This document shows positions 19,597-31,231 of a stretch of DNA of 43,249 bases, piece by piece. The notes under the pieces are model-generated. The model was given only the letters and a program-made list of their open reading frames with translations, was not told the origin of the DNA and did not search any database. Location of the stretch: contig JAAZAC010000015.1 of assembly GCA_012514545.1 (NCBI GenBank), positions 1-43,249 of the forward strand, given 5' to 3'. The translations under genes were made by a program, and so were the position numbers. How positions within the stretch are numbered: the first letter of the stretch is position 1; each line of letters begins with the position of its first letter. The stretch comes from Actinomycetales bacterium. Its GTDB lineage: Bacteria; Actinomycetota; Actinomycetes; Actinomycetales; Cellulomonadaceae.

Positions 19597-22304
19597 CACA
19601 GCCCCTCTCCCTCGGCCGCCGGGGACCCGGTCGCCGGCAGGGCCGCGGCGCGCACGGTCACGAGCGCGCCGGCGTCGGCCCGCAGCGTGGCCCGCACGGC
19701 CGAGCCGGTCGAGTTCGTCGGCACCCACACCACGCCGTCGGGCATCGGCGTGACGACGAGCGGCAGGGTGATCGCGCCGCCGTCGCCGTCCGCGCGCCGC
19801 ACGGTCACGGCGTCGCCCGTGCGCACGCCCAGCCGCGCGGCGAACGCCTCGCCGAGCCGGGCGACGGGCCGCTGGGCGGTCCCGGCGAGGAACTGCTCGC
19901 CGTCCTGCAGGCGGCCCCGGTCGAGCAGCAGGTGCCACGTCGCGAGCACCGCCTCGCCCTCGCCGACCGCCGGCGGCTCCGCGGCGGGCACGTCGGGCGC
20001 CGCGGGGCGCTCGCCGTCCCACGCGCCGACCTGGTCGAGCTCCGCGTGCACCTGCGCGAGGGTCCGCGTGCCGAGCGTCACACCCATCCGGTCCGCGAGC
20101 GCGTCGAGCACCCGGTGGTCGGGCATGTGCGTGCTCGTCAGCGCCTGCGGGAACGGGCGGAGCCGCCCCTCCCAGGACACGAACGTGCCGCCCTTCTCGA
20201 CCGGCGGCGCGACCGGCAGCACGACGTCGGCCAGCTCGGTCACCGCGGACGAGCGGACCTCGAGCGAGACGAGGAAGTCGACGCCGCGCAGCGCCGCCGA
20301 CGCGAGGGCCGGGTCCGGCAGGTCCGCGGGGTCCACGCCGCCGACGACGAGCGCCCGCAGCTCGCCCGCGGCCGCCGCCGCGAGGATGCCCGCGGCGTCG
20401 CGGCCCGGCTCGGCCGGCAGCCGCTCGACGTCCCAGGCCGCCGCGAGGTCGACGCGGGCCCGCGCGTCGGCGACGGGCCGCCCGCCCGGCAGGAGGCCCG
20501 GCAGCGTGCCGGCCTCGACGCCCGCGCGCTCGCCGACCCGGCGCGGGATCCACGCGAGCCGCGCGCCCGTGCGCCCGGCCAGGCGGAGCGCCGCGCTCAG
20601 CGCGCCCGGCACCGTGGCCAGGCGCTCGCCGACGACGACCACGGCGTCCGGCCCGAGCGCCTCGGCCGCCCGGCCGAGCGCCCCGTGCGCGCCGGGGACG
20701 AGCGCGTCGAGCACCTCGGGCTCCGTGCCCGGCGCGGCCGGCAGCAGCGTGCCGTCGAGCCGCGCGAGGCCCCGGCTCGCCCAGGGGGCCACCGAGAAGA
20801 CCCGCGTGCGGTTCTTGCGCACGGCCTTGCGCAGCCGGAGGAACACGACGCCGCCCTCGTCCTCGGGCTCGAAGCCGACGAGGAGCACCGCCGGCGCGGC
20901 CTCGAGGTCCGCGAAGGTCACGGCCATCCGCGTGCCCGCGACGTGGTGCGCGAGGAACGCCTCCTCCTCCGCGGAGTGCGGCCGCGCCCGGTGGTCGACG
21001 TCGTTCGTGCCCAGGGCCACGCGCGCGAACTTCGCGTAGGCGTAGGCGTCCTCGAGCGTGAGGCGCCCGCCGGGCAGCACGCCGACGGCGCCCGCGGCGG
21101 CCGCGAGGCCCTCGGCGGCGCGGTCGAGCGCCTCGCCCCAGCTGGCCTTGCGCAGCTCGCCCCGCGTGCCGTCCTCGGCGACGTCGCGCACGAGCGGGAC
21201 GGTGATCCGGTCGGGCAGCCCCTGCCAGGTGAACGCGAAGCGGTCCTTGTCGGTGATCCACTCCTCGTTCACGGCCGGGTCGTCGCCCGCGAGCCGCCGC
21301 AGCACGACGCCGCGCCGGTGGTCGACGCGGATGGCCGAGCAGCTCGAGTCGTGCTCCGCCACGCCCGGCGTCGACACGAGGTCGAACGGCCGGGAGCGGA
21401 ACCGGTAGGCCGCGTTCGTCAGCGCGCCCACCGGGCAGATCTGGATGGTGTTGCCCGAGAAGTACGACGCGAACGGGCGGCCCGACGTGTCGATCGTCGC
21501 CGCGCCGACCGGGCCGGCCACGTCCTGCTCCGGCACGCCCGTCGCCGCGCTGATCGGGGTCCCGTCGGGCTGCACGCCGCGGTAGACCCGCGTCGGCTCC
21601 GCGCCGGCCCAGTCCAGCACGCCCGGGTCGAAGCGCCCGATCTGCTGCGCGTGCGTCCCGTGCACCTCCCGGCCCGGCGTCCCGCCGCCGCGGCCCTGCA
21701 GCTCGATGAACGCGTCCCCGGCGATCTCCGCCGAGAACCGCGTGCAGCGCTGGCACAGGATGCACCGGTCGCGGTCGAGCAGGATCTCGGTGGAGATCGC
21801 GATCGGCTTGGGGAACGTCCGCTTGACGTCGCGGAATCGCGACGTGCCGTACCCGTTGCTCATCGCCTGGTTCTGCAGCGGGCACTCGCCACCCTTGTCG
21901 CAGGTGGGGCAGTCGAGCGGGTGGTTGACGAGCAGGAACTCGATGATCCCGTGCTGCGCCTTGTCGGCGACGGCGCTCGTGCGCTGCGTCCGCACGACCA
22001 TGCCGGGCGTGGCCTCCGTGGTGCAGGAGGCCTGCGGCTTCGGCATCGGGCGGACGTTGCCCTCCCGGTCCGGCACGGCGACCTCGACGAGGCACTGCCG
22101 GCACGCGCCCACCGGCTCGAGCAGCGGGTGGTCGCAAAAGCGCGGGATCGCGATGCCGAGCTGCTCCGCGGCGCGGATGACGAGTGTGCCCTTCGGCACC
22201 GTCACCTCGACGTCGTCGATCGTGAAGGTGACGGCGTCGGGGGGCGCGGCGGGCCGGTCCGCGCCGCCCGTCGCGTTCGTCGCGCCTGTGGACGTCGTCG
22301 TCAT
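19596..22304 (-). CDS. nuoG: NADH-quinone oxidoreductase subunit G
   Basis: [44 protein letters not shown]. Confidence 0.96.
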   Translation of the reverse strand: MTTTSTGATNATGGADRPAAPPDAVTFTIDDVEVTVPKGTLVIRAAEQLGIAIPRFCDHPLLEPVGACRQCLVEVAVPDREGNVRPMPKPQASCTTEATPGMVVRTQRTSAVADKAQHGIIEFLLVNHPLDCPTCDKGGECPLQNQAMSNGYGTSRFRDVKRTFPKPIAISTEILLDRDRCILCQRCTRFSAEIAGDAFIELQGRGGGTPGREVHGTHAQQIGRFDPGVLDWAGAEPTRVYRGVQPDGTPISAATGVPEQDVAGPVGAATIDTSGRPFASYFSGNTIQICPVGALTNAAYRFRSRPFDLVSTPGVAEHDSSCSAIRVDHRRGVVLRRLAGDDPAVNEEWITDKDRFAFTWQGLPDRITVPLVRDVAEDGTRGELRKASWGEALDRAAEGLAAAAGAVGVLPGGRLTLEDAYAYAKFARVALGTNDVDHRARPHSAEEEAFLAHHVAGTRMAVTFADLEAAPAVLLVGFEPEDEGGVVFLRLRKAVRKNRTRVFSVAPWASRGLARLDGTLLPAAPGTEPEVLDALVPGAHGALGRAAEALGPDAVVVVGERLATVPGALSAALRLAGRTGARLAWIPRRVGERAGVEAGTLPGLLPGGRPVADARARVDLAAAWDVERLPAEPGRDAAGILAAAAAGELRALVVGGVDPADLPDPALASAALRGVDFLVSLEVRSSAVTELADVVLPVAPPVEKGGTFVSWEGRLRPFPQALTSTHMPDHRVLDALADRMGVTLGTRTLAQVHAELDQVGAWDGERPAAPDVPAAEPPAVGEGEAVLATWHLLLDRGRLQDGEQFLAGTAQRPVARLGEAFAARLGVRTGDAVTVRRADGDGGAITLPLVVTPMPDGVVWVPTNSTGSAVRATLRADAGALVTVRAAALPATGSPAAEGEGL

Positions 22305-23632
22305 GCGTGCACCCCAGCCATCGCGCGGTCCTTGGGCGTGTACTCGAAGCGGGCGGACGCCACGGGGTCGAACGGGCAGCCGCCGCCGGTGACGTGCGCC
22401 TCGTACTCCTCGCGGAAGTACTGCAGGCTCGAGGTCACCGGGGAGGTCGCGCCGTCACCGAGCGCGCAGAACGCCCGCCCGAGGATGTTGTCGCAGACGT
22501 CGAGGAGCGTCGCCAGGTCCTCCTGCGTGCCCTCGCCCGCCTCGAGGCGGTGGTAGATGAGCTTCATCCAGTACGTGCCCTCGCGGCACGGCGTGCACTT
22601 GCCGCACGACTCGTGCGCGTAGAAGTCCGTCCAGCGGGAGACCGCGCGGACCACGCACGTCGTCTCGTCGAAGATCTGCAGCGCGCGCGTGCCGAGCATC
22701 GAGCCCGCCGCGCCGACGGACTCGTAGTCGAGCGGCACGTCGAGGTGCTCGGCCGTGAACAGCGGCGTCGAGGACCCGCCGGGCGTCCAGAACTTCAGCT
22801 CGTGCCCGGCGCGGATCCCGCCCGCCATGTCGAGCAGCTCGCGCAGCGTGATGCCGAGCGGCGCCTCGTACTGGCCCGGCCGCTCGACGTGGCCGGACAG
22901 CGAGAAGATGCCGAAGCCGGTCGAGCGCTCGGTGCCCATGCTGCGGAACCAGTCGGCGCCGCGGGCGACGATCGACGGCACGCTCGCGATGGTCTCCACG
23001 TTGTTGACGACCGTCGGCCGCCCGTACAGGCCGGCGACCGCGGGGAACGGCGGCTTGAGGCGCGGCTGGCCGCGGCGGCCCTCGAGCGAGTCGAGCAGCG
23101 CCGTCTCCTCGCCGCAGATGTACGCGCCCGCGCCCGCGTGCACGGTGATCTCCAGGTCGAAGCCGGAGCCGAGCACGTCCCGGCCGAGCAGCCCGGCCGC
23201 GCGCGCCTCCTCGACGGCCGCGAGCAGCCGCCGGTACACGTGCACGACCTCGCCGCGCAGGTAGATGAACGCGTGGTGGCAGCCGATCGCGTAGGACGTG
23301 ATGATCGCGCCCTCCACCAGCAGGTGGGGGTCGGCCATCATCAGCGGGATGTCCTTGCAGGTCCCCGGCTCGGACTCGTCGGCGTTGACGACGAGGTAGC
23401 GCGGCCCGCCGTCGGGGGCCGGCAGGAAGCCCCACTTCATGCCCGTGGGGAACCCGGCGCCGCCGCGCCCGCGCAGGCCGGAGTCGCGCACCGCGGCGAG
23501 CACCTCCTCGGGCGCCATGCCGAGCGCCGTGCGCAGCGCGGTGTACCCGCCGGCCTTGCGGTACGCGTCGAGCGTCCAGGACGACGGGGCGTCCCAGCGG
23601 TCGGTGAGGACGGGGGTGAGCGTCGCCATCAC
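22301..23632 (-). CDS. nuoF: NADH-quinone oxidoreductase subunit F
   Basis: [47 protein letters not shown]. Confidence 0.97.
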   Translation of the reverse strand: MMATLTPVLTDRWDAPSSWTLDAYRKAGGYTALRTALGMAPEEVLAAVRDSGLRGRGGAGFPTGMKWGFLPAPDGGPRYLVVNADESEPGTCKDIPLMMADPHLLVEGAIITSYAIGCHHAFIYLRGEVVHVYRRLLAAVEEARAAGLLGRDVLGSGFDLEITVHAGAGAYICGEETALLDSLEGRRGQPRLKPPFPAVAGLYGRPTVVNNVETIASVPSIVARGADWFRSMGTERSTGFGIFSLSGHVERPGQYEAPLGITLRELLDMAGGIRAGHELKFWTPGGSSTPLFTAEHLDVPLDYESVGAAGSMLGTRALQIFDETTCVVRAVSRWTDFYAHESCGKCTPCREGTYWMKLIYHRLEAGEGTQEDLATLLDVCDNILGRAFCALGDGATSPVTSSLQYFREEYEAHVTGGGCPFDPVASARFEYTPKDRAMAGVHA

Positions 23633-24477
23633 GCCTCCTCGCTCGGCTCGCGCCCGGTCGCCGTGTCAGCGGTGCCGCCCGACGGCGGCTGGCTGGGCGT
23701 GTCCACGCTGGTGTCGCGCCCGGGTGCCCGGCCGCCCTGCGCGGCCGCCGACGTCGGGGCCTCGCCGCCCGCGGCGCCGTCGCCTGCGTCGTCGGCGCCC
23801 GGGGCGCGCCAGCCCTTCTCGCGCGCGAGCCGCAGCCCGGCGAGCGACCGCTCGCCCGCGGCCACGCCCTCGCCCGCGCGCCCGTCGGGGAACCCCGCGA
23901 GCACGCGCGACATCTGCTTGAAGGTGCACACCGAGGACGCCCCGCGCGTCGGGCGCACCGGCTCGCCGGCCCGCAGCCTGTCGACCACCTCGACGGCGGA
24001 CCGGGGCGTCTGCTCGTCGAAGAACTCCCAGTTGACCATCATCACGGGCGCGTAGTCGCACGCCGCGTTGCACTCGATGCGCTCGAGGGTGATCGCGCCG
24101 TCCGGGGTCGTCTCGTCGTGGCCGACGCCGAGGTGCTCGGCGAGCTCGTCGAAGATGGCGTCGCCGCCCATGATCGCGCAGAGCGTGTTGGTGCAGACGC
24201 CGACGGTGTAGGTGCCGTTCGGGTGCCGCTTGAACTGGGTGTAGAAGGTCGCGACCGCCGAGACCTCCGCCGTCGTCAGGCCGAGCAGCCGGGCGCAGAA
24301 CGCGATGCCGTCCGGGCTGACGTAGCCGTCCTCGGACTGCACGAGGTGGAGCAGGGGCAGCAGCCCGGACCGCGGGTGCTCCGGGTAGCGGGCGAGGATC
24401 GCCGCGGCGTCCTCCTCGAGCCGCGCCAGCTTCGCGCCCTCGTACGGCTCGTACGGCGCCTGCGTGTGGGTCGTCAT
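23629..24477 (-). CDS. nuoE: NADH-quinone oxidoreductase subunit E
   Basis: VATFY, VCTNTLC, ECNAACDYAP (2Fe-2S); ATG 24477 overlaps the nuoD stop; low-complexity C-terminal tail. Confidence 0.95.
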   Translation of the reverse strand: MTTHTQAPYEPYEGAKLARLEEDAAAILARYPEHPRSGLLPLLHLVQSEDGYVSPDGIAFCARLLGLTTAEVSAVATFYTQFKRHPNGTYTVGVCTNTLCAIMGGDAIFDELAEHLGVGHDETTPDGAITLERIECNAACDYAPVMMVNWEFFDEQTPRSAVEVVDRLRAGEPVRPTRGASSVCTFKQMSRVLAGFPDGRAGEGVAAGERSLAGLRLAREKGWRAPGADDAGDGAAGGEAPTSAAAQGGRAPGRDTSVDTPSQPPSGGTADTATGREPSEEA

Positions 24478-25826
24478 CAGCGGTCCACCCCTCCCATCAC
24501 CGGGTCGATCCCCGCCACGGCGACCACGACGTCGGCGAGCAGGCCGCCCTCGCACATGAGCGAGACCGCCTGGAGGTTGTTGAACGACGGGTCGCGGAAG
24601 TGCGCCCGGTAGGGCCGCGTGCCGCCGTCGGACACGAGGTGCACGAGCATCTCGCCGCGCGGGTGCTCGATGGCCTGCGTGGCCTGCCCGGCCGGGACCC
24701 GGAAGCCCTCGGTGACGAGCTTGAAGTGATGGATGAGCGCCTCCATCGAGGTGCCCATGATCTCGCGGATGTGGTCGAGCGAGTTGCCCATGCCGTCCGA
24801 GCCGATCGCGAGCTGCGCGGGCCACGCGATCTTCTTGTCGGCGACCATGACCGGGCCCGGCCCCATGGCCTGCAGCCGGTCGAGCGCCTGCTCGACGATC
24901 CGCAGGCTCTGGTGGCACTCCTCGATCCGCAGCACGACGCGCGCGTAGGAGTCCGCCTCGGTGGCGGTCGGCACGTCGAAGTCGTACGTCTCGTACCCGC
25001 AGTACGGGGTGTGCTTGCGCACGTCGTACGGCAGGCCGGTGGCCCGCAGCATCGGGCCGGTGATGCCGAGCGCCATGCAGCCCGCCAGGCCCAGGTACCC
25101 GACGTCGACGAGGCGGCCCTTGAAGATCGGGTTGCCGAGCATGAGGTCCGACAGCTGGCCGATGTAGTCGCGGACCCTCGGCAGGGTCTCGCGGATGGTG
25201 TCGAGCGCCCCCGGCGGGATGTCCTGCGCGACGCCGCCCGGCCGGATGAAGCCGTGGTTCATGCGCAGGCCGGTGATGAGCTCGAAGATCTTGAGGATCT
25301 CCTCGCGGCCCGTGAAGCCCGTGGTCATGATCGTCGTCGCGCCGAGCTCGTTGCCGCCCGTGGCGAGCGCCACGAGGTGGCTGGCCACGCGGTTGAGCTC
25401 CATGAGCAGGACGCGGATGACGGTGGCGCGCTCGGGCACGTCGTCGGTGATGCCGAGGAGCTTCTCCACGGCCAGGCAGTGCCCGACCTCCTGGAAGAAC
25501 GGGGCGAGGTAGTCCATGCGCGTGCACAGGGTCACGCCCTGCGTCCACGTGCGGTACTCCATCTGCTTCTCGATGCCCGTGTGCAGGTAGCCGACGCCGC
25601 AGCGGGCCTCGGTGACCGTCTCGCCGTCGATCTCGAGCATGAGGCGGAGCACGCCGTGCGTGGACGGGTGCTGCGGGCCCATGTTGACGACGATGCGCTC
25701 CTCGCCGAGCCGCGCCGCCTCCTCGGCGATCTGCGACCAGTCGCCGCCGGTGGCCTCGAAGGTGGGGACGCCCTCGGCGCCCTCGTCGACGATGTGGGCG
25801 CTCGCGTGGGGGGTCTGCTCGCTCAT
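24477..25826 (-). CDS. nuoD: NADH-quinone oxidoreductase subunit D
   Basis: [25 protein letters not shown]-terminal GGVDR. Confidence 0.97.
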   Translation of the reverse strand: MSEQTPHASAHIVDEGAEGVPTFEATGGDWSQIAEEAARLGEERIVVNMGPQHPSTHGVLRLMLEIDGETVTEARCGVGYLHTGIEKQMEYRTWTQGVTLCTRMDYLAPFFQEVGHCLAVEKLLGITDDVPERATVIRVLLMELNRVASHLVALATGGNELGATTIMTTGFTGREEILKIFELITGLRMNHGFIRPGGVAQDIPPGALDTIRETLPRVRDYIGQLSDLMLGNPIFKGRLVDVGYLGLAGCMALGITGPMLRATGLPYDVRKHTPYCGYETYDFDVPTATEADSYARVVLRIEECHQSLRIVEQALDRLQAMGPGPVMVADKKIAWPAQLAIGSDGMGNSLDHIREIMGTSMEALIHHFKLVTEGFRVPAGQATQAIEHPRGEMLVHLVSDGGTRPYRAHFRDPSFNNLQAVSLMCEGGLLADVVVAVAGIDPVMGGVDR

Positions 25827-26698
25827 CAGTTGTACGCCCTCCGCTGGTCGGGCGGCGGGATGTGCGCGCCCTTGTACTCCACCGGGATGCCGCCGAGCGG
25901 GTAGTCCTTGCGCTGCGGGTGGCCGGGCCAGTCGTCGGGCATCTCGATGCGCGCGAGGCCCGGGTGGCCGTCGAAGACGATCCCGAAGAAGTCGTAGGTC
26001 TCCCGCTCGTGCCAGTCGTGGCCCGGGTACACCGGGGTGGACGACGGGATGTGCGGGTCGGCGTCGGGCACCGCCACCTCGAGCCGGAGGCGCCGGCCGT
26101 GCGTGACGGAGCACAGGTGGTAGACGGCGTGCAGCTCGCGCCCGGCGTCGGCCGGGTAGTGCACGCCGGAGACACCGAGCCCGAGCTCGAAGCGCAGGTC
26201 CTGGTCGTCGCGCAGCGCGCGACACACGGTGACGACGTGCTCGCGCCGCACGAACAGCGTGAGCTCGCCGCGGTCCACCACGACCTTCTCGATCGCGGCC
26301 TCGTACGGCACGCCCTGCTCGGCCAGCACCTCCGCGAGGATGTCGACGACCTCGTCGAACCAGCCGCCGTACGGCCGCTCGCTCGGGCCGGGCATCGCCA
26401 CGGTCCGCACGAGCCCGCCGTACCCGGACGTGTCGCCGGTGTCCTGCGCCCCGAACATGCCGCGGCGCACGGCGACGACGTCGAGCACCGGGCCCGCGGC
26501 GCCCTCCCCCGCCGTGGCGGGCAGGTGCTGCGCGCCGGCCTCGTGGGCGGCCTCGGTCGCCGTCTGCGGGGTGTCGCTCGCGGGCGTGCCGACGACGCCG
26601 GCCCCCGCCTTCGCGGCCGCCGCCGCGTCCTTCGCCTCGGCGGGCGCGTCCGCCGGCGCGTCGTCGCCGGTGGCGTCGCGGCGCACGTCGTCGCTCAT
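25826..26698 (-). CDS. nuoC: NADH-quinone oxidoreductase subunit C
   Basis: [27 protein letters not shown]; ATG 26698 overlaps the nuoB stop. Confidence 0.95.
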   Translation of the reverse strand: MSDDVRRDATGDDAPADAPAEAKDAAAAAKAGAGVVGTPASDTPQTATEAAHEAGAQHLPATAGEGAAGPVLDVVAVRRGMFGAQDTGDTSGYGGLVRTVAMPGPSERPYGGWFDEVVDILAEVLAEQGVPYEAAIEKVVVDRGELTLFVRREHVVTVCRALRDDQDLRFELGLGVSGVHYPADAGRELHAVYHLCSVTHGRRLRLEVAVPDADPHIPSSTPVYPGHDWHERETYDFFGIVFDGHPGLARIEMPDDWPGHPQRKDYPLGGIPVEYKGAHIPPPDQRRAYN

Positions 26699-27246
26699 CG
26701 GAGCAGCCCCCTCATCTCGGACGTCGGCGTCGCGGCGAGCGCGGCCTCCTCCGCGGCGCGGGCGGCCCGCTCGCGGTTGACGCCGAGCGGCGCGTGCCGC
26801 ACCTGCTCGTGCAGCGCGAGGATCGCGTTGAGCAGCATCTCGGGCCGCGGGGGGCAGCCGGGCAGGTAGATGTCGACGGGGACGATGTGGTCCACGCCCT
26901 GCACGAGCGCGTAGTTGTTGAACATGCCGCCCGACGACGCGCAGACGCCCATCGACAGCACCCACTTGGGCTCGGACATCTGGTCGTAGACCTGGCGCAC
27001 GACCGGCGCCATCTTCTGGCTCACGCGGCCCGCGACGATCATGAGGTCGGCCTGGCGCGGCGACGCCCGGAACACCTCCATGCCGAAGCGCGAGATGTCG
27101 AAGCGGGACGTGCCCGTCGCCATCATCTCGATCGCGCAGCAGGCGAGCCCGAACGTCACGGGCCACATCGACGCCTTGCGGACCAGGCCGGCGAACTTCT
27201 CGACCGTGGTCAGCAGGAAGCCTGACGGTGCCTCCTCGATGCCCAT
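26695..27246 (-). CDS. nuoB: NADH-quinone oxidoreductase subunit B
   Basis: [26 protein letters not shown]. Confidence 0.97.
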   Translation of the reverse strand: MGIEEAPSGFLLTTVEKFAGLVRKASMWPVTFGLACCAIEMMATGTSRFDISRFGMEVFRASPRQADLMIVAGRVSQKMAPVVRQVYDQMSEPKWVLSMGVCASSGGMFNNYALVQGVDHIVPVDIYLPGCPPRPEMLLNAILALHEQVRHAPLGVNRERAARAAEEAALAATPTSEMRGLLR

Positions 27247-27295
27247 CGCGCCCCTCCTCCCGTGCTCGTGCCTGCCGCGGTGTCGACCGCGGCCC

Positions 27296-27658
27296 TCAGT
27301 CCCACTCGAACCCGCCGCGGCGCCACTCGTAGACGAAGGGCACCGTGATGAGGGCGATGAACGTCACCATCGCGACGACGCCGTACATGCCCAGCTCCCC
27401 GAACGTGACCGCCCACGGGTACATGAAGACGACCTCGATGTCGAAGACGATGAAGCTCATCGCGACGAGGTAGTACTTCACCGGGAAGCGGCCGTGCCCG
27501 ACGGCGTGGGGCGTCGGGTCGATGCCGCACTCGTACGCCTCGAGCTTCGCCCGGTTGTAGCGCCGCGGGCCCAGGATCGCGCTCGCGCCGACGCCGCCGA
27601 GGGCCAGGACCGCCGCGATACCCATGAGCACCAGGATCGGCACGTACGGGTTGGTCAT
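27296..27658 (-). CDS. nuoA: NADH-quinone oxidoreductase subunit A
   Basis: MTNPYVP start; [34 protein letters not shown]. Confidence 0.96.
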   Translation of the reverse strand: MTNPYVPILVLMGIAAVLALGGVGASAILGPRRYNRAKLEAYECGIDPTPHAVGHGRFPVKYYLVAMSFIVFDIEVVFMYPWAVTFGELGMYGVVAMVTFIALITVPFVYEWRRGGFEWD

Positions 27659-27740
27659 CGGGCCCTCCAACCGGGTCGGGGCGGCGTCGCCGCCGCGCGG
27701 GCTTGGGGCGGTGGCGCGGCCTCCGCCGAGTGTCGTCGGG

Positions 27741-29048
27741 TCATGCTGCGGGCGCAATCCGTGCCAGCGTGGCGATCAGGCGGTCGGAGGCCTGGCCGCC
27801 GCGCGGCTCGTAGACGTCGGACAGGAGCTTCATGACGAGGCGCATCAGCGCCGGTCGGGGTAGACCGTAGCGGGTGCACAGCCGCATGATCGCGGGCTGC
27901 TCGATGAGCCTCACGAAGACGCGGCCGAGCTGGAAGTACCCGCCCAGCTCGTCGGCCATCACGCGGGGGTAGGTGGCGAGCACGGCGTCCCGCGCGGCCG
28001 GCGTCCGGCGGGCGTGGGCCTGGACCACGATCTCGGCGGCCCGACGCGCGGCCTGCATCGCGTACGCGATCCCCTCGCCGTTGAACGGGCTCACCATGCC
28101 GCCCGCGTCCCCGACGAGGAGCACGCCGCGCGAGTAGAGCGGCTTGCGGTTGAACGCCATCGGGAGCGCGGCGCCGCGGACGGGCCCGACCTGGCCCTCC
28201 GGCGTGAACCCCCAGTGCGCGGGGGTGCCGGCGAGCCAGCGGTGCAGCAGCTCGCGGTAGTCGACCTTCGTCGCCGTGGCGGTGGAGCTCACGCTGCCGA
28301 GGCCGACGTTCGCCGTGCCGTCGCCGAGCGGGAAGATCCAGCCGTACCCGGGCAGCAGGTTCGACCGGTTCGGCTCGCCGTCCCACAGCTCGAGGTGGGA
28401 CTCCATCCACTCGTCGTCGTGCATCGGGGTGCGGAAGTACGTCCGCACGGCGACGCCCATCGGGCGGCGCGGGTCCTTCTCGATGCCGAGCGCGAGCGCG
28501 AGGCGCGCGGACACGCCGTCGGCGGCGATGACGGCGGGCGCGCGGTAGGTGACCTCGTCGCCCGCCCGGCGGCCGGCGTCGTCCACGGGACGGGCCGTGA
28601 CGCCGACGACGCGGCCCGTGCGCTCGTGCACGAGCGGCCCGGTGACCTGGGTGCGCTCGAGGATCTTCGCCCCGGCGGCCCGCGCGTGGGCGGCGAGCGC
28701 GGCGTCGAAGTCGCGGCGCGGGCGGGCGAGGCCGAAGTCCGGGAACGACTCGGTCCGGGGCCACGGGATCTCCAGCCGGTGCCCACCCCCGTAGACGCGC
28801 AGGCCCTTGTTGCGGATCCAGCCGTCCTCGGGCCGCAGCGGGACGCCCATGGCGACGAGCTCGCGCACGGCGCGCGGGGTCAGCCCGTCGCCGCAGACCT
28901 TGTCGCGGGGGAACGCGGTCTTCTCCAGGACGAGGACGTCGAGGCCCGCCGTCGCGAGCCAGTAGGCCGCGGTCGCCCCGGCCGGGCCCGCGCCGACGAC
29001 GACGACGTCGGCGTCGTCGTGCCGCTCGACACCCCTCGCCACGCCCAC
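27741..29048 (-). CDS. menJ: Geranylgeranyl reductase-family flavoprotein, probable menaquinone reductase
   Basis: VVVVGAGPAG, FPRDKVCGDGLT, GYGWIFP, VGDAGGMVSPFNGEGIAYA; lies between menG and nuoA. Confidence 0.85.
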   Translation of the reverse strand: MGVARGVERHDDADVVVVGAGPAGATAAYWLATAGLDVLVLEKTAFPRDKVCGDGLTPRAVRELVAMGVPLRPEDGWIRNKGLRVYGGGHRLEIPWPRTESFPDFGLARPRRDFDAALAAHARAAGAKILERTQVTGPLVHERTGRVVGVTARPVDDAGRRAGDEVTYRAPAVIAADGVSARLALALGIEKDPRRPMGVAVRTYFRTPMHDDEWMESHLELWDGEPNRSNLLPGYGWIFPLGDGTANVGLGSVSSTATATKVDYRELLHRWLAGTPAHWGFTPEGQVGPVRGAALPMAFNRKPLYSRGVLLVGDAGGMVSPFNGEGIAYAMQAARRAAEIVVQAHARRTPAARDAVLATYPRVMADELGGYFQLGRVFVRLIEQPAIMRLCTRYGLPRPALMRLVMKLLSDVYEPRGGQASDRLIATLARIAPAA

Positions 29049-29066
29049 CTCGCCGTCAGCCGTTCC

Positions 29067-29084
29067 TTGTGAAGACGTTCACGA
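29067..29084. promoter_or_regulatory. Rex operator (ROP) TTGTGAAgacgTTCACGA upstream of menJ-nuo
   Basis: One mismatch to the Rex consensus TTGTGAA-N4-TTCACAA; just downstream of a minus-strand TAGACT -10 at 29095-29100. Confidence 0.8.
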
Positions 29085-29181
29085 ACGTCGCGTCAGTCTA
29101 TCCGCGCCCGGACGGTGGGTACGCACGGCGTCCGACGGCGGTCCGGCCGTGCCAAATGTCCGGATCCCCCCGGTGTGCGTC

Positions 29182-29874
29182 TCACGGCCGCCGGCCCCGG
29201 TGGAGCGCCACGATGCCCCCGGAGAGGTTCCGGTACGCGACGTGGGTCCAGCCCGCCTCCCGCAGGAGCCGCGCGAGGCCCACCTGGTCGGGCCACGCGC
29301 GGATCGAGTCGGCGAGGTACTCGTACGACTCGGGGTCCGAGCTCACCACGCGCGCGATCGCGGGCAACGCGCGCACGAGGTACTCGGTGTACAGGACCCG
29401 GAACGGCGGCCACGTCGGCGAGGAGAACTCGCACACCACGATCCGGCCGCCCGGCCGCGTCACGCGGAGCATCTCCGCGAGCGCGTCGCGCGTGCCCGCG
29501 ACGTTCCGCAGCCCGAACGAGACGGTCACGGCGTCGAACGACGCGTCGGCGAACGGCAGCCGCAGCGCGTCCCCCGCGACGAACGGCAGGTCGGGGCGCC
29601 GCGCCTTGCCCGCCGTCAGCATGCCGAGCGAGAAGTCGCACGGCACCACGCGCGCGCCCGCCGCCGCGAACGGCGCCGACGACGTGCCCGTACCCGCCGC
29701 CAGGTCGAGCACCGTCTCCCCCGGCCGAGGGTCCACCGCCGCGACCGTCCGGCGGCGCCACCGGCGGTCCTGGCCGAGCGACAGCACGTCGTTCGTCAGG
29801 TCGTAGCGGCGGGCCACGGCGTCGAACATCGCCGCGACCTCGTGCGGCTGCTTCTCCAGGCTGGCGCGGGGCAT
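29182..29874 (-). CDS. menG: Demethylmenaquinone methyltransferase
   Basis: [45 protein letters not shown]. Confidence 0.95.
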   Translation of the reverse strand: MPRASLEKQPHEVAAMFDAVARRYDLTNDVLSLGQDRRWRRRTVAAVDPRPGETVLDLAAGTGTSSAPFAAAGARVVPCDFSLGMLTAGKARRPDLPFVAGDALRLPFADASFDAVTVSFGLRNVAGTRDALAEMLRVTRPGGRIVVCEFSSPTWPPFRVLYTEYLVRALPAIARVVSSDPESYEYLADSIRAWPDQVGLARLLREAGWTHVAYRNLSGGIVALHRGRRP

Positions 29875-29926
29875 GCCCCCATCCTGAGGCATGGCGCGGT
29901 CCGAGCTGGACGTAGGCTGTCCCGCG

Positions 29927-31225
29927 ATGACCGACCTGGACCTCGCGGCGACCGCGCCACTGCCCCTCGTCGCACGCACCGCCGCGGTGGACCCCCTGGA
30001 CCTCCCCGGCGACCTCACCGAGCTGCTGCCCGCCGACGGGGGCACGGCGTGGATCCGGCGCGCCGACGGCCTCGTCGCCTGGGGCGAGCTCACGCGCGTC
30101 ACCACCGCCGGCCCGGACCGGATGGCCGACGCCGAGGCCGCCTGGCGCGAGCTCGTCGCCCACGCGGTGGTCCGCGACGAGGTCCGCCTGCCCGGCACCG
30201 GGCCCGTCGCGTTCGGCTCGTTCGCCTTCGCCGACGACTCCCCCGCGGGCGGGGTCCTCGTGGTGCCGCGGGTCGTCGTCGGGCGCCGGGGCGCCACGGC
30301 CTGGGTGACCACGATGGAGCTCGGCGCCGTGCCCGCCCCCGTCGTCCCCACGCCGCAGCCGCCGCCCACGTCGCCCGGGCCGGTGACGTTCTCCGACGCC
30401 GACCTCGGCCCCGACGCCTGGCAGGACGCCGTCCGCCAGGCCGTGCGGCGCATCCGCGACGGCCGGCTCGAGAAGGTCGTGCTCGCCCGCGAGGTGCACG
30501 CCCGCACCACCGCGCCGCTGGACCAGCGCTGGGTGCTGCGCCGCCTCGCCGCCGACTACCGCGCGTGCTGGACGTTCGCCGTCGACGGCCTGCTCGGCGC
30601 GACCCCCGAGCTCCTCGTGCGCAGCGAGAAGGGGCTCGTCACCTCGCGCGTGCTCGCGGGCACCATCCGCCGCACCGGCGACGACGACGCCGACCTCGCC
30701 CACGCCGCGCTCCTCGCCCACTCGTCGAAGGACCTCGAGGAGCACGAGTACGCGGTGACCTCGCTCAGCGAGGCCCTCGCGCCGTTCTGCTCGTCGACGA
30801 ACGTGCCCGAGACCCCGTTCGTGCTGCACCTGCCGAACGTCCTGCACCTCGCGACGGACGTCACCGGCGTCCTGTCCGCCGACGCCGGCCCCCCGCCCAC
30901 GAGCCTCGCCCTCGCCGCCGCGCTGCACCCCACGGCGGCCGTCGCGGGCACGCCCACGGCGGCGGCCTGCGACCTCATCGCCGAGCTCGAGAGCATGGAC
31001 CGCGGCCGCTACGCCGGGCCCGTCGGCTGGATCGGCGCCGACGGCGACGGCGAGTGGGCGCTCGCGCTGCGCACCGGCCGGGTCGACCCGGACGACCCGC
31101 GCCACCTGCGGCTGTTCGCGGGCTGCGGCATCGTCGCGGCCTCCGACCCCGCCGCCGAGCTGGCGGAGTCGGAGGCCAAGCTCGAGCCGATGCGCCGGGC
31201 GCTCGGGAACCCGACGCGCGGCTGA
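29927..31225 (+). CDS. menF: Isochorismate synthase
   Basis: [57 protein letters not shown]. Confidence 0.92.
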   Translation: MTDLDLAATAPLPLVARTAAVDPLDLPGDLTELLPADGGTAWIRRADGLVAWGELTRVTTAGPDRMADAEAAWRELVAHAVVRDEVRLPGTGPVAFGSFAFADDSPAGGVLVVPRVVVGRRGATAWVTTMELGAVPAPVVPTPQPPPTSPGPVTFSDADLGPDAWQDAVRQAVRRIRDGRLEKVVLAREVHARTTAPLDQRWVLRRLAADYRACWTFAVDGLLGATPELLVRSEKGLVTSRVLAGTIRRTGDDDADLAHAALLAHSSKDLEEHEYAVTSLSEALAPFCSSTNVPETPFVLHLPNVLHLATDVTGVLSADAGPPPTSLALAAALHPTAAVAGTPTAAACDLIAELESMDRGRYAGPVGWIGADGDGEWALALRTGRVDPDDPRHLRLFAGCGIVAASDPAAELAESEAKLEPMRRALGNPTRG

Positions 31226-31231
31226 GCCCCG

